Positions 30,197 through 40,286 of a DNA stretch of 64,000 nt are shown one piece after another. The notes under the pieces were generated by a model, which saw nothing but the letters and a program-made list of their open reading frames with translations, was not told the origin of the DNA and did not search any database. Source of the stretch: an uncultured delta proteobacterium (GTDB taxonomy: Bacteria; Desulfobacterota; Binatia; Binatales; Binataceae); contig CAWJET010000002.1 of assembly GCA_963842085.1 (NCBI GenBank), positions 256,001 through 320,000 of the forward strand. The letters are read 5' to 3'. The position numbers and the translations under genes are program-made. Numbering within the stretch: position 1 is the first letter of the stretch; every line of letters begins with the position of its first letter.

Positions 30197-31402
30197 ATGG
30201 CGGGAGCTTTATCCAGTCTAAGAGTCATCGAAGTTGGCGAATTGGTGTCGGCGCCGTATTGCAGCAAGCTGCTGGCGGACATGGGCGCCGAGGTCGTCAA
30301 GGTCGAGCGGCCGGGGGTTGGCGATCGCGCGCGCACGCGCGGGCCATTCCCCGGTGACAAACCGAATCCCGAGACGAGCGGGCTGTTCCTTTATCTCAAT
30401 ACCAACAAGCGCGGCGTCACGCTCGATATCGCCAAGCCCGAGGGCTTCGAGATTCTGGAGAAGCTGGTTGCGCGCGCCGATATCCTGGTTCATAACGTCA
30501 CCCCGCCCGAGATGGATCGTGTCGGCCTTACCTACGAGCGGATGCGCCGCGCGAATCCGAAATTGATCATGACGTCGATACTGCCGTTCGGGTTGAGCGG
30601 TCCGTATCGCGACTACCGCGCCGAGGATTTAACGATCTGGTGCGCGGGCGGAGTGTGCGTGCTGAACGGCGCAGGTCCGGAGCATCCGGAGCTGCCGCCG
30701 CTCAAGACCGCGGGGCATCAAGCGGGATACCAGGGCGGAGTGCATGGCGCGACCGCGACGGTCGCGGCGGCGTTCGCGCAGCTTCGCGACGGCGCGGGGC
30801 AGCATATCGAGGTGTCGGTGCAGGAATCGATCGCGTCGATCCTCGAGATGACGTTCGAGTACTGGCCGTACATGAAGATGATCGCGACGCGCCTTGGGCA
30901 GAAGCCGCTGCAGCCGGTCGAGACGATGCAGTGCAAGGACGGGTACATCTACCTGTGCTGCATCGAGGAGCATCAGTGGCGCAATTTCGTCGAAATCATG
31001 GGAAATCCCGAATGGGCGAACGAAGAGATTTTCAAGGACCGGCTGGTGCGCGCGCTCAACTGGGACGCGCTGAAAGTTTTGCTCGAAGAATGGGTCAGCC
31101 AGCAGACGGTGCTCGATCTGTATCAAAAGGCTCAGGCCAAGCGGGTGCCGTTTGCGCCGGTGTCGACGATGGGCGACCTGCTAAACTCGGAGCATCTGAA
31201 GGCGCGCGGATTTTTCGTCGAGATCGCGCAGCCGGTGGCCGGCACCCACAAGTATCCGGGCGCGCCGCTGAAGTTCGAGCGCACGCCGTGGGAAATTCGG
31301 CGGCCGGCGCCGACGCTGGGACAGCATAATGCGGAAGTATTCGGCGAACTCGGACTTTCGCCGGCGCGGCTCGACGAACTCAAGCGCAAGGGTGTGATTT
31401 AG
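30197..31402 (+). CDS. Class III CoA-transferase (CaiB/BaiF), subunit 1
   Basis: LRVIE, LLADMGAEVVKVE, LNTNKRGVTLD, APTLGQHN. Confidence 0.9.
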   Translation: MAGALSSLRVIEVGELVSAPYCSKLLADMGAEVVKVERPGVGDRARTRGPFPGDKPNPETSGLFLYLNTNKRGVTLDIAKPEGFEILEKLVARADILVHNVTPPEMDRVGLTYERMRRANPKLIMTSILPFGLSGPYRDYRAEDLTIWCAGGVCVLNGAGPEHPELPPLKTAGHQAGYQGGVHGATATVAAAFAQLRDGAGQHIEVSVQESIASILEMTFEYWPYMKMIATRLGQKPLQPVETMQCKDGYIYLCCIEEHQWRNFVEIMGNPEWANEEIFKDRLVRALNWDALKVLLEEWVSQQTVLDLYQKAQAKRVPFAPVSTMGDLLNSEHLKARGFFVEIAQPVAGTHKYPGAPLKFERTPWEIRRPAPTLGQHNAEVFGELGLSPARLDELKRKGVI

Positions 31403-31404
31403 CG

Positions 31405-32652
31405 ATGGCTACGAAACCGCCGCTGTTGGGAATTCGAGTCTGCGATTTTACCTGGGTGTGGGCGGGACCTTACTGCACCCTGCAACTGGCGCATCTTGGG
31501 GCCGAAGTGATCAGGATCGAAACCAAGACGCGGCCGTGCGTGACGCGGATGCTGCCGCCGTGGCCCGACGGCGTGTTCAAGAGCCTCAACCAGTCGGGCT
31601 ACTTCAATCAGTACAATCAGGGCAAGAAGTCGCTGTCGCTGAATTTCAAGCATCCCGAGGCGAAGGAAGCGGCGTGGCGGCTAATCATGCAGAGCGACGT
31701 CGTGATTAACAACTTCGCGGCGGGCGTGCTCGAGAAGATGGGATTCGGCTACGAAGAGGTCAAGAAGGTAAATCCGAATGTAGTAATGATTACTCTGTCG
31801 GGTTACGGCGACACCGGACCGTATAGTCATTACGTGGCGTACGGGCCGGCGCAGGTGCCGCTGTCGGGGCTGTCGGCGCTGACTGGCTACAAGGGATTCC
31901 CGCCGATGCACGCGGGATTCAGCTACGCCGACCCCAACGCGGGAGTGCATGGCGCGTTCGCGGTGATCAGCGCGCTGTTCCATCGCGCGAAAACCGGCGA
32001 AGGACAATATATCGACATGAGCCAGTGGGAATGCGCGATGGACCTTCTGGCAGAAGGGATTCTTGAGTATACGATGAACGGGCGCGAGCCCGAGCGCGTC
32101 GGGAACCGCGATCCGCTGATGGCGCCGCACGGACTTTTCAAGTGCGTCGACTTGCCGGAGAAAATCCTCGACGTCACGATCGATCAATGGGTCGCAATAG
32201 TCTGTGCCGACGACTCGGAATGGGCGCGGCTGGCGCGTGCAATAGGTAAACCCGAACTAGTCAATGACTCGCGATTCGCGACGCTCGCGGCGCGCAAGCA
32301 GAACGAAGATGCGCTCGAAGCAATAGTCAGTGAGTGGACGGCGACGCGGAGGGTCGCGTACGTGGTGGAGACGCTGCAAGCGGCGGGAGTCGCGGCGGGC
32401 GCCTGCGCAGATAGCAAGTACCTGTCGGAGGACCCACATCTCACGAAGCGCGAATACTTCATATATCGCGAGCATCCTGAAGTGGGTAAACGGCAGCATT
32501 GCGGAATCCCGTGGCGGATGAGCGGGACGCCGTGCGCGGTGAAGTCGGCGGCGCCGCTACTCGGGCAGCATACTGACGAGGTGATGACCGGGTTGCTCGG
32601 CTATAGCGCGGTGGAGGTCGAGGCGATGCGGGCGAAGGGCGCGCTGGATTAA
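31405..32652 (+). CDS. Class III CoA-transferase (CaiB/BaiF), subunit 2
   Basis: DFTWVWAGP, GAEVIRIE, NQGKKS, FSYADPNAG (catalytic Asp region), APLLGQHT. Confidence 0.9.
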   Translation: MATKPPLLGIRVCDFTWVWAGPYCTLQLAHLGAEVIRIETKTRPCVTRMLPPWPDGVFKSLNQSGYFNQYNQGKKSLSLNFKHPEAKEAAWRLIMQSDVVINNFAAGVLEKMGFGYEEVKKVNPNVVMITLSGYGDTGPYSHYVAYGPAQVPLSGLSALTGYKGFPPMHAGFSYADPNAGVHGAFAVISALFHRAKTGEGQYIDMSQWECAMDLLAEGILEYTMNGREPERVGNRDPLMAPHGLFKCVDLPEKILDVTIDQWVAIVCADDSEWARLARAIGKPELVNDSRFATLAARKQNEDALEAIVSEWTATRRVAYVVETLQAAGVAAGACADSKYLSEDPHLTKREYFIYREHPEVGKRQHCGIPWRMSGTPCAVKSAAPLLGQHTDEVMTGLLGYSAVEVEAMRAKGALD

Positions 32653-32673
32653 GCAGGCGAGGAACTTGATTGA

Positions 32674-32732
32674 ATGTGAAACCCGCGGTGGGTTTCACGC
32701 TTCCTTCTGCAGAGGTGACCCCTGCACGTTAG
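32674..32732 (+). repeat. Dispersed double-hairpin element, copy B
   Basis: ATGTGAAACCCGCGGTGGGTTTCACGCTTCCTTCTGCAGAGGTGACCCCTGCACGTTAG. Confidence 0.8.
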
Positions 32733-32792
32733 CATTTGGATAAGAGAGGATGCGGGCTTCGCGCTGTTAGAACGGTGAAAGGGAAGATAGCG

Positions 32793-33635
32793 ATGCGGAC
32801 GCTGAAGGTTTTAATCGACGGGCTGGCGTTTCCCGAAGGGCCGCGATGGCATGACGGGAGATTCCACTTTTCCGACATGCATGCGCATCAGGTGGTCGCG
32901 GTCGATATGGCCGGTAAGCGCGAGATTGTGTGCGACGTGCCGGGGCGGCCGTCGGGGCTGGGTTGGCTGCCGGATGGACGGATGCTCGTGGTGTCGATGA
33001 CGGATAGGAAGCTGATGCGCCTCGATCGCGACGGGCTGAAGACCGTCGCGGATATGAGCAAGCTCGCGCCGTTCGATTGCAACGACATGGTGGTGGATGC
33101 GCACGGGCGCGCGTACGTCGGCAACTTTGGATTCGATCTGCACGCGGGCGAGACGCCGCGCGGAACTACGCTGGTGATGGTGGCGCCCGACGGCGTCGCG
33201 CGCGTCGTGGCCGAGGACATGATGTTCCCGAACGGGATGGTGATTACGCCGGATGGTAAGACGCTGATCGTCGCCGAGACGTTCGGGCGGCGATTGACGG
33301 CGTTCGATATCGGCGCGGATGGAGCGCTCTCGAATCGGCGCGCGTGGGCGGATTTGGGGAGTAGCCTGCCCGATGGAATCTGCCTGGATAGCGAGAATGC
33401 GATCTGGGTGGCGTGTCCCACGGCGTCGGAAGCGATCCGGGTGAAGCAGGGCGGCGAGGTCGTCGAGCGGATCAAGGTGGAGACGGATGCGTTCGCATGC
33501 ATGCTCGGCGGTCCTGACGGGCGGACGCTGTTTGTCGCGACGGCGCCGAATTCCGATCCGGAGAAGTGTCGCGCGACGCGAGGCGGAAGAATCGAAACGA
33601 CGCGAGTGGAAGTGCCGCGCGCGGGCCTGCCGTGA
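32793..33635 (+). CDS. SMP-30/gluconolactonase family protein
   Basis: FPEGPRW, CNDMVVD, FPNGMVITPDG, PDGICLD. Confidence 0.9.
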   Translation: MRTLKVLIDGLAFPEGPRWHDGRFHFSDMHAHQVVAVDMAGKREIVCDVPGRPSGLGWLPDGRMLVVSMTDRKLMRLDRDGLKTVADMSKLAPFDCNDMVVDAHGRAYVGNFGFDLHAGETPRGTTLVMVAPDGVARVVAEDMMFPNGMVITPDGKTLIVAETFGRRLTAFDIGADGALSNRRAWADLGSSLPDGICLDSENAIWVACPTASEAIRVKQGGEVVERIKVETDAFACMLGGPDGRTLFVATAPNSDPEKCRATRGGRIETTRVEVPRAGLP

Positions 33636-33676
33636 GCTCTGGCATGAGCGGAGACGGCGTGGCGTAATGAATTGCG

Positions 33677-34999
33677 ATGGGCGTTGATGGGCACGGCGAG
33701 AATTTTCGCGCGCGGCGCAAGCGCATGATGGAGGCGATCGCGCCCGGCGCAACTGCGATCATACCAAGCGCGCCGGTGGCGATTCGCTCGGGCGACGTCG
33801 AGTTCGTATATCGGCAGGACAGCGACTTCTACTACCTGACGGGCTTCGCCGAACCGGAATCGGTGGCGGTGCTTTCGCCGGGGCATCCGGACGGCGAGTT
33901 CGTGATGTTCGTGCGGCCGCGCGACAAGGAGCGCGAGACGTGGACGGGCAGGCGCGCGGGAATCGAGGGCGCCATCATCGAGTACGGGGCCGACAAGGCA
34001 TACGTAATCGACGAGCTCGAAAAGATACTGCCGCGCTACCTGGAAAAGAGCGACCGCGTGCATTACCCGCTCGGGCTCAATGAGAAGATGGATGAGCGGG
34101 TGCTGAAACTGATTCGATGGGCGCAGTCGATGCGACCGCGAATCGGGGTGGGGCCCTCGTCGATAATCGATCCGCGCGACATCATCCACGAGGCGCGCCT
34201 GAAGAAGGAGCCGGTGGAGCTCGACGCGATGCGGCGCGCGATGGCGATTTCAGCGGACGCGCATAGACGCGCAATGATGAAGGCGCGCGGCGGGATGAAG
34301 GAGTGGCAAATCGAGGCGGAGGTCGATTACGCATTTCGCTCGCAGGGCGCAACCGGACCGAGCTATCCGTCGATTATCGCGTCGGGTCCGAACGCGGCGA
34401 CGCTGCATTACATCAACAACGATCGCGAGATGCGCACGGGCGAGCTGATCCTGATCGATGCGGGCGCTGAGTACGATTTCTACGCGGCCGATATCACGCG
34501 CACGTCGCCGATCGGCGCGCGCTTCACGGGCTTGCAGCGCAGCCTGTACGAAGTGGTACTCGACGCGCAGCTCAAGGCGATCGATACGATCGAGCCGGGC
34601 GCACATTTCGACCAGCCGCACGAAGTGGCTCTGCGCGTGCTGGTTGACGGCATGCGTCAGCTCGGAATCCTGCATGGCTCGGCCGACGAGATAATCGAGA
34701 AGGGCGCGTATCGGCGCTACTACATGCATCGCACGAGCCACTGGCTCGGCATGGACGTGCACGACGTCGGGCTGTACCGGGTGGACGGGGTGTCGCGAGT
34801 GCTCGAGCCCGGGATGGTACTTACGGTCGAGCCGGGTCTGTATATCAGTCCCGACGACGATGAAGTTCCGGACAGTTTTCGCGGTATCGGGATTCGAATC
34901 GAGGACGACGTGCTGGTGACCGAAGGCGGCCACGAAGTGATGACGGCGGCGACGCCGAAGTCGATCGCGGACGTCGAAGCGCTGACTACGGCGCAGTAG
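33677..34999 (+). CDS. pepP: Xaa-Pro aminopeptidase
   Basis: RQDSDFYYLTG, LHY, DAGAE, DITRT, HWLGMDVHD, EPGLY, RIEDD. Confidence 0.93.
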   Translation: MGVDGHGENFRARRKRMMEAIAPGATAIIPSAPVAIRSGDVEFVYRQDSDFYYLTGFAEPESVAVLSPGHPDGEFVMFVRPRDKERETWTGRRAGIEGAIIEYGADKAYVIDELEKILPRYLEKSDRVHYPLGLNEKMDERVLKLIRWAQSMRPRIGVGPSSIIDPRDIIHEARLKKEPVELDAMRRAMAISADAHRRAMMKARGGMKEWQIEAEVDYAFRSQGATGPSYPSIIASGPNAATLHYINNDREMRTGELILIDAGAEYDFYAADITRTSPIGARFTGLQRSLYEVVLDAQLKAIDTIEPGAHFDQPHEVALRVLVDGMRQLGILHGSADEIIEKGAYRRYYMHRTSHWLGMDVHDVGLYRVDGVSRVLEPGMVLTVEPGLYISPDDDEVPDSFRGIGIRIEDDVLVTEGGHEVMTAATPKSIADVEALTTAQ

Positions 35000-35004
35000 T
35001 CAAT

Positions 35005-35232
35005 TCAGTAGTACAACCACGAGTGACAAGTGCTGCGGTCGGCCTCGCAAGCCGACGTGCAATTACCTATTTGATTGCGGCAATAGAATTCGTCATTACC
35101 ATGTAGTTCGCAGACTTGGTAATCGCGATTGCACTGATACTGGCATCTCGTCTGCATATAGTCGCATCGGTTCGCGCATCCCGCGGCGAACAGAGATGCG
35201 ACAGCGGTGATGAGCAAAACCTTTGCGCTCAC
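35005..35232 (-). CDS. Small Cys-rich lipoprotein
   Basis: Lipobox FAAGC, then C-x6-C-x3-C-x6-C twice. Confidence 0.7.
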   Translation of the reverse strand: MSAKVLLITAVASLFAAGCANRCDYMQTRCQYQCNRDYQVCELHGNDEFYCRNQIGNCTSACEADRSTCHSWLYY

Positions 35233-35246
35233 GAGCGGAGTCGGCG

Positions 35247-36128
35247 CTACAGTTCGAGCGCACTGGCGCTGCCGACGATGGTTTTAGTACCGTCGGCCTT
35301 GTCGCACCAGACTTCGACTTCGGCGCGTGTGCGGGCGCCTTCGGGGTGGCGCTCGACGATCAAGCCTTTCGGTCCGGTGACGTCGTTGCCCCACAGCACG
35401 TTGACCAGCCGCAGATCCATCTTGCCGCCGTAGAGGAAGCCGAGTCCGAAACGCCGCGTCATCATTTCGGCGACGAGGCATATTGAGAGCATTCCCTGCA
35501 CGACGATTTCCGGGAATCCCAGCTCGACTGCTTTCTGCCTATCGTTATGGTAATTGCGGACAGGCCCTGAAAAAGCCATGCACTTTTCTTCGGTGATCTT
35601 GCGCATCGGAGAGTCGATGGGATCGCCGCCGCGCTCGCCGATTTTGAATGAGCGCGACGAGTCTTTCTCGCGCGCGCGATCGACGACGAAGCCATGCCTG
35701 GTCTGCTCGGGGAGCAGGAAGCTCTGATGGGTGCGGCTGCGCGAGACGATTTGCCCCGACGCGTTGCTGACCAGGACTTCGTTCACCACGTACTCGCGGT
35801 CGCGCTTGACGTAACGGTCGACGATGACGGCGCGAGTCGTGAGGCGCTCGCCAACCATTACGGGTGCGAACAGGCTCCATTCCTGGCGCGCATGGAGGTT
35901 GCCGTAAATGTTCGGCAGGTACCATCCGAGCGTGTGGTAAACGGCGCTGTGGAGAATCAGCGCGGGAGCGATGGGGCCGCCGAGCGGAGAGTCGCCGCGG
36001 TACCACGGATTGTCGTCGCCGGTGCCGGCGACGTAGGTCGCGACCAGAGCGGGCGTGATGTCGTAGGTCATGCCGCCGAAGTCGCGGCCGACGTACACTT
36101 CCTTGCGGTCGAAAATTTCGTTGGCCAT
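35247..36128 (-). CDS. Double hot-dog MaoC-like dehydratase
   Basis: GDDNPWY...IAP, NLHARQEW, NYHND...GFPEIVVQGM. Confidence 0.8.
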   Translation of the reverse strand: MANEIFDRKEVYVGRDFGGMTYDITPALVATYVAGTGDDNPWYRGDSPLGGPIAPALILHSAVYHTLGWYLPNIYGNLHARQEWSLFAPVMVGERLTTRAVIVDRYVKRDREYVVNEVLVSNASGQIVSRSRTHQSFLLPEQTRHGFVVDRAREKDSSRSFKIGERGGDPIDSPMRKITEEKCMAFSGPVRNYHNDRQKAVELGFPEIVVQGMLSICLVAEMMTRRFGLGFLYGGKMDLRLVNVLWGNDVTGPKGLIVERHPEGARTRAEVEVWCDKADGTKTIVGSASALEL

Positions 36129-36146
36129 CGTGGTGTCCTGCGGGCG

Positions 36147-36542
36147 CTAGTTTTTCTGCTTGGTTTTGATCCGATCGTTGAACTTGGCAGCGTCGATTAC
36201 GGCGCGCCGATGGCTCCCGGAGCCGATCTGCTCGACGTCGTCGAAAGCGCGCACGGCAAACTCGAGGCGGCGGCCTTCGACCCTGGTCACTTCGGCTTCG
36301 GCGCGAGCGCGATGGCCAGGCGGCGTCGCCGCGGTGTGACTGACTTCGATCGACATGCCGACGGAACTCTCGCCCGCGTCGAGAAACGGGCGGATGGCCT
36401 CGATGGCGGCCTGCTCCATCATCGCGACCATCGTGGGCGTGGACAGAACCGCGGCCAGCGATGGATCGAGATGGCTGGCGAGGTCGGCTGCGGCGACAGT
36501 CTTCGCGTAGCTTCCGATGGTTCCGATCGGAATTGCTTTCAT
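36147..36542 (-). CDS. FlK-like (fluoroacetyl-CoA thioesterase family) hot-dog thioesterase
   Basis: VLSTPTMVAMME.A, SVG..I.VSHTAATP, GSHRR. Confidence 0.85.
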   Translation of the reverse strand: MKAIPIGTIGSYAKTVAAADLASHLDPSLAAVLSTPTMVAMMEQAAIEAIRPFLDAGESSVGMSIEVSHTAATPPGHRARAEAEVTRVEGRRLEFAVRAFDDVEQIGSGSHRRAVIDAAKFNDRIKTKQKN

Positions 36543-36546
36543 CGCG

Positions 36547-36966
36547 CTACAGTACTGCAATCAAAATTTGGATCGAGAGTGCGAAGCATGCCGCTACTCC
36601 CAAGGCGTAAGAGAGCGTTCGCCATGGTTGCAGGCTGTTCAGGTACATGATCGTGTGCAGAATCCTCGCGACGACAAAGATGCTGAAGTAGATGAACGCG
36701 CCCACCGGCCAGCATCCCAGGGTGACGTAAATCATCGCGAGGAACAGGAAGATCGGAATGTTCTCCAAATCGTTGCGCCAGGCCATCGCGGCGCGCTTGA
36801 CGATCGGTAATTCGTCCGAAGCAAGTGCGGCGCCGAAGAAGCGAGCGTCTTCCGGCGTCACGAAGGTTTTCGTGCTCGTTCGGGCGCGAGCCTGAACGAT
36901 CGAGACCGCGAGCATCTTGAAAAACAGAATGACGGTTATCAGTGCATAGAACTGGTACTCGGTCAT
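36547..36966 (-). CDS. MAPEG family membrane protein
   Basis: PED, RNDLENIPIF, ARILHT. Confidence 0.85.
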   Translation of the reverse strand: MTEYQFYALITVILFFKMLAVSIVQARARTSTKTFVTPEDARFFGAALASDELPIVKRAAMAWRNDLENIPIFLFLAMIYVTLGCWPVGAFIYFSIFVVARILHTIMYLNSLQPWRTLSYALGVAACFALSIQILIAVL

Positions 36967-36972
36967 CGGCGT

Positions 36973-37584
36973 CTATCTCCTCAGCCCCATGGCGTCGAGC
37001 TTCCTGACGACCCACTCGATGCGATCGTTGCCCCAAAACGGTTCGCCGTCGACAATGAAAGTTGGCACACCGAAGACGCCGTCGCGATCGCCGGCGGCGA
37101 ATGCCTCGGACAGTTCGCGGGGACCGTCGTGGAGCGTGTAGCGATGGAACGCGTCGGCGTCGAGGCCGGTTTCCTTCATTACGACGGCGAGCGCGGCTGC
37201 GTTTTCAATGTCGAGTTCGCGTTTGAAGAAGCGCGCGAAGACACGGTCGGAGTATGGGCGGAAGAGGCCGTGCTTGTCGGCCCACAGGCCGGACATCAGA
37301 GCGAGCTTCGAGTCGAAGATTTTCTGCGGTCCGCGGATGATCATGCCGCGCGCGTTCGCGTAGCGGCGCGCGTCGAGGTACATGTAGCGGACTTTGCGCC
37401 AATCGCGCTCGGGGCGCTGGTCGAGGTCGCCACCGAAGGCGCCGCGGATGTCGAGTTCGTGCGGGATGTAATGCAGGCGGACGCGATGCGATTCCATCAG
37501 CGCGTACGCGGGGGCCATCGCAAGATACGCGAAGGGGCTCTTGTAGTCGTAGTAGAGCTTGATGGTCAGGAGTTCGTCGGCCAT
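36973..37584 (-). CDS. DsbA-like / 2-hydroxychromene-2-carboxylate isomerase (kappa GST) family
   Basis: YYDYKSPFAYLA, GVFGVPTF, FWGNDR. Confidence 0.85.
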   Translation of the reverse strand: MADELLTIKLYYDYKSPFAYLAMAPAYALMESHRVRLHYIPHELDIRGAFGGDLDQRPERDWRKVRYMYLDARRYANARGMIIRGPQKIFDSKLALMSGLWADKHGLFRPYSDRVFARFFKRELDIENAAALAVVMKETGLDADAFHRYTLHDGPRELSEAFAAGDRDGVFGVPTFIVDGEPFWGNDRIEWVVRKLDAMGLRR

Positions 37585-37633
37585 ACGTGAGGATTTAGCA
37601 TCACGGGGGGAGAGAATTCGAGCGGCCAGCGGC

Positions 37634-39163
37634 TCAATCTGAATTGCGCATCCAGTCGGCGACGCGCTCTCCGATCATGATGCAGGTCAGGTTGGTGTTC
37701 GCGCGCACAATGTTCGGCATTATCGACGCGTCGACGACGCGCAGTCCTTCGACGCCGCGCACGCGGCAGTACTGATCGACCACTGCCATCGGATCGCTCT
37801 CGGGGCCCATCTTCGCGGTGCCGACCGGATGGAAGATCGTCGTGCAGTTGTCGCGCAGAAAGGTTTCGAGCGCGGAGTCCGAGTTCACGACCTCCGCAGT
37901 CAGGTTCACGAACTCCTTGAGCATCGGCGCTAACGGGCCCTCGTGCATCAAGCGCCATGCGATGCGCACGCCGTCGGCCATCCGGCGCATGTCTTCGGGA
38001 TCGTCCAGATAGTTGAGATCGATGAGCGGCGGGACGTCCGGATTGGCGCTGCGCAGGCGCAGTCGTCCGCGCGAACGGGGGCGCTGCAGACCGGGCACAA
38101 GAGCGACGCTCGGGACAGGCAGGCCGAGCGCAAGTCCCGGCGACACACTCGAGTCGAACAGCTCGAACACGTACATCTGCATGTCGTTGAACTCGGCGGA
38201 GCCCGAAGCGGTGTAGCGAATACCGATGGGATTGGTGACCTGCGGGTCGTGCGGAATTCCCGCGACCGGAGTCGCGACGACGAAAGCCATGGGATGGTCG
38301 ATCAGATTGCGGCCGACGCCCGGCAAGTTCACCTGGCATTTGATGCCCAGCGCCGCCAGCACGTCGCGCGCGCCGACTCCCGAGCGCATCAACAGAGCGG
38401 GGGATTGTATGGCGCCCGCGGAGAGCGTTACGCGACGGCCGCGCACTTGCTGGAGCGTGCCGGCGCACTCGATTTCGACACCGGCGGCGCGGCCGTTCTC
38501 GATGATAACGCGGTGCGCGTTGATGCCGGGCCGAATCGTGAGATTCAGGCGATGACGCGCGGGCGCAAGATAGCCGATGGCGGTCGAGATGCGTACCCCT
38601 TCGCGACGGTTGCGCGGCCATGGCCCGATGCCGGTGGACTCGGGATCGTTATGGTCCCAGACTTCGGCGAATCCTGCCGCGCGCGCGGCGTCAAAGAAGG
38701 CGCGATTGAGCGGCTGCCAGGTCTCGGGGCGCGGCCGCTGGATCCAGATCGGTCCGCCGACTCCGTGGAAATCGCCGCGCGCGTCGCGATCGTCTTCGAG
38801 CTTGCGATGAAACGGCAGGACCTTCTCGAAGCTCCATTCGCGATTGCCCCACGCCGCCCATTCGTCGAAGTCCTGGGGAGTGCCGCGCAGCGCGATATGG
38901 CCGTTGACGGCGGAACTGCCGCCAGTCACCTTGCCGCGCGGGTACGCGATTTCCCGGGTGGGCGTGGCCTGCGCAACCAAGCCCCAGTCATGAGGTCCGG
39001 CGGAGACCCAGGTGGTCAGCAAATCCGCGGGAGTCTGTTCAACGGCCGAGTAGTCGGGACCCGCTTCGAGCAGCAGGACGGCGCGATTCGGATCCTCGCT
39101 GAGCCGGGCAGCCAGCGCGGCGCCCGCAGAGCCCGCACCAACAACGATGTCGTCGTATTCCAT
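37634..39163 (-). CDS. GMC family oxidoreductase
   Basis: VGAGSAG, PRGKVTGGSSAVNG, GRNLIDHP, FHPVGTAKMG, RVVDASIMP, NTN. Confidence 0.92.
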   Translation of the reverse strand: MEYDDIVVGAGSAGAALAARLSEDPNRAVLLLEAGPDYSAVEQTPADLLTTWVSAGPHDWGLVAQATPTREIAYPRGKVTGGSSAVNGHIALRGTPQDFDEWAAWGNREWSFEKVLPFHRKLEDDRDARGDFHGVGGPIWIQRPRPETWQPLNRAFFDAARAAGFAEVWDHNDPESTGIGPWPRNRREGVRISTAIGYLAPARHRLNLTIRPGINAHRVIIENGRAAGVEIECAGTLQQVRGRRVTLSAGAIQSPALLMRSGVGARDVLAALGIKCQVNLPGVGRNLIDHPMAFVVATPVAGIPHDPQVTNPIGIRYTASGSAEFNDMQMYVFELFDSSVSPGLALGLPVPSVALVPGLQRPRSRGRLRLRSANPDVPPLIDLNYLDDPEDMRRMADGVRIAWRLMHEGPLAPMLKEFVNLTAEVVNSDSALETFLRDNCTTIFHPVGTAKMGPESDPMAVVDQYCRVRGVEGLRVVDASIMPNIVRANTNLTCIMIGERVADWMRNSD

Positions 39164-39278
39164 CGATCGCTGACACTGATGTAACCAGCCGTGACTGTCA
39201 ACGCCCGCGCGCCGCAAGAGCAGTTACGATATGCGCTAACCTCAACTCCGAGGAGGCGAAGCGCGCGTGGCGAATTGC

Positions 39279-40283
39279 TCAAGTCAGAGGTTCGTGGATT
39301 GCTTCGGCGGCTTCGGACGCGGGGTGCTTGCGATGCGGGTCGGTGCCGAGGACGAGGGCCAGTACGCCGCTCACTGAAATCAGGATGCCGACGACCTCGC
39401 GGGTCGTTGCGCGCTCGCCGAGAAACATTACGGCGAACAGAATCGAGAGGATCGGGATGCCGGGCACGACCAGCGCCGTCGTCCATGCCAACGACAGCCG
39501 GTTGATCGCGCCGTACCACGTGAGCCCGCTCATAAAATAGACGAAAAACCCGGTCACCATGATGACGCCGAGCGAAGTTGGGTCGGCGAGCTGCACGAGC
39601 GAGTCGCGGCGCAACAGCAGGAGCATCGCGGTCAGAACGAGCGACGCGTAGAAAAACCGGCCGCCGGTCATCGAGGTCGGCGTCAGCGGTGGCATCAGCT
39701 TCAGACCCATCACGTGCGACGTCTGCCAGAACAGCGGAGTGGTGAAGATGATGGCCGAGGCCCATAGCGGTGAAAATGAGCCGCCGCCGGCGAACACCGA
39801 AGCGATGCCGACGAGGACGGTGGCGGTCGCGAGCATCTGGCGGGCGGACGGGCGCTCGCCGACGAAAATCGTAGAGAGCACCAGCGAATAGACCGGCTCG
39901 GTTTGCAGGAGCAACACTCCCGCGACGGCGCCGATACGGGTCAGCCCGTAGGTGAGGGTGAGGCTCGTCATCACCGTTCCCGCCGTCGCCACCCAGAACA
40001 GGCGGTCGCGATAGCGCGGGTCAACGATCATCTTCAACTCGCCGGTGAACTGCAGAACCGGGAGCGTGCAGAGGGTGGCGAAGACGACGGCGCCGGTGCA
40101 GAAGAGCAGCGGATCGAGGTGCACGGCACCCCATCGCGTTATCACGGGCTGGCCGGCGCCGATGATCGTGTTGATGATGCATAGCGTCAGGCCGACCTGG
40201 AAGGCGCGGGCGCGGCGAGCCGTTTCGTTGCCTCTCTCGTTGGCGACAGGCGGCATGGAACCCGCCGAGGGGTCGGTGGACAT
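39279..40283 (-). CDS. DMT/EamA transporter
   Basis: About 10 TM in two repeats; GERPS, FLGER. Confidence 0.85.
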   Translation of the reverse strand: MSTDPSAGSMPPVANERGNETARRARAFQVGLTLCIINTIIGAGQPVITRWGAVHLDPLLFCTGAVVFATLCTLPVLQFTGELKMIVDPRYRDRLFWVATAGTVMTSLTLTYGLTRIGAVAGVLLLQTEPVYSLVLSTIFVGERPSARQMLATATVLVGIASVFAGGGSFSPLWASAIIFTTPLFWQTSHVMGLKLMPPLTPTSMTGGRFFYASLVLTAMLLLLRRDSLVQLADPTSLGVIMVTGFFVYFMSGLTWYGAINRLSLAWTTALVVPGIPILSILFAVMFLGERATTREVVGILISVSGVLALVLGTDPHRKHPASEAAEAIHEPLT

Positions 40284-40286
40284 CGA

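Noticed and set aside
37634-39163. Mycofactocin MftG assignment for the GMC enzyme
   Set aside because: No mft genes in the window, so it cannot be distinguished from generic GMC oxidoreductases
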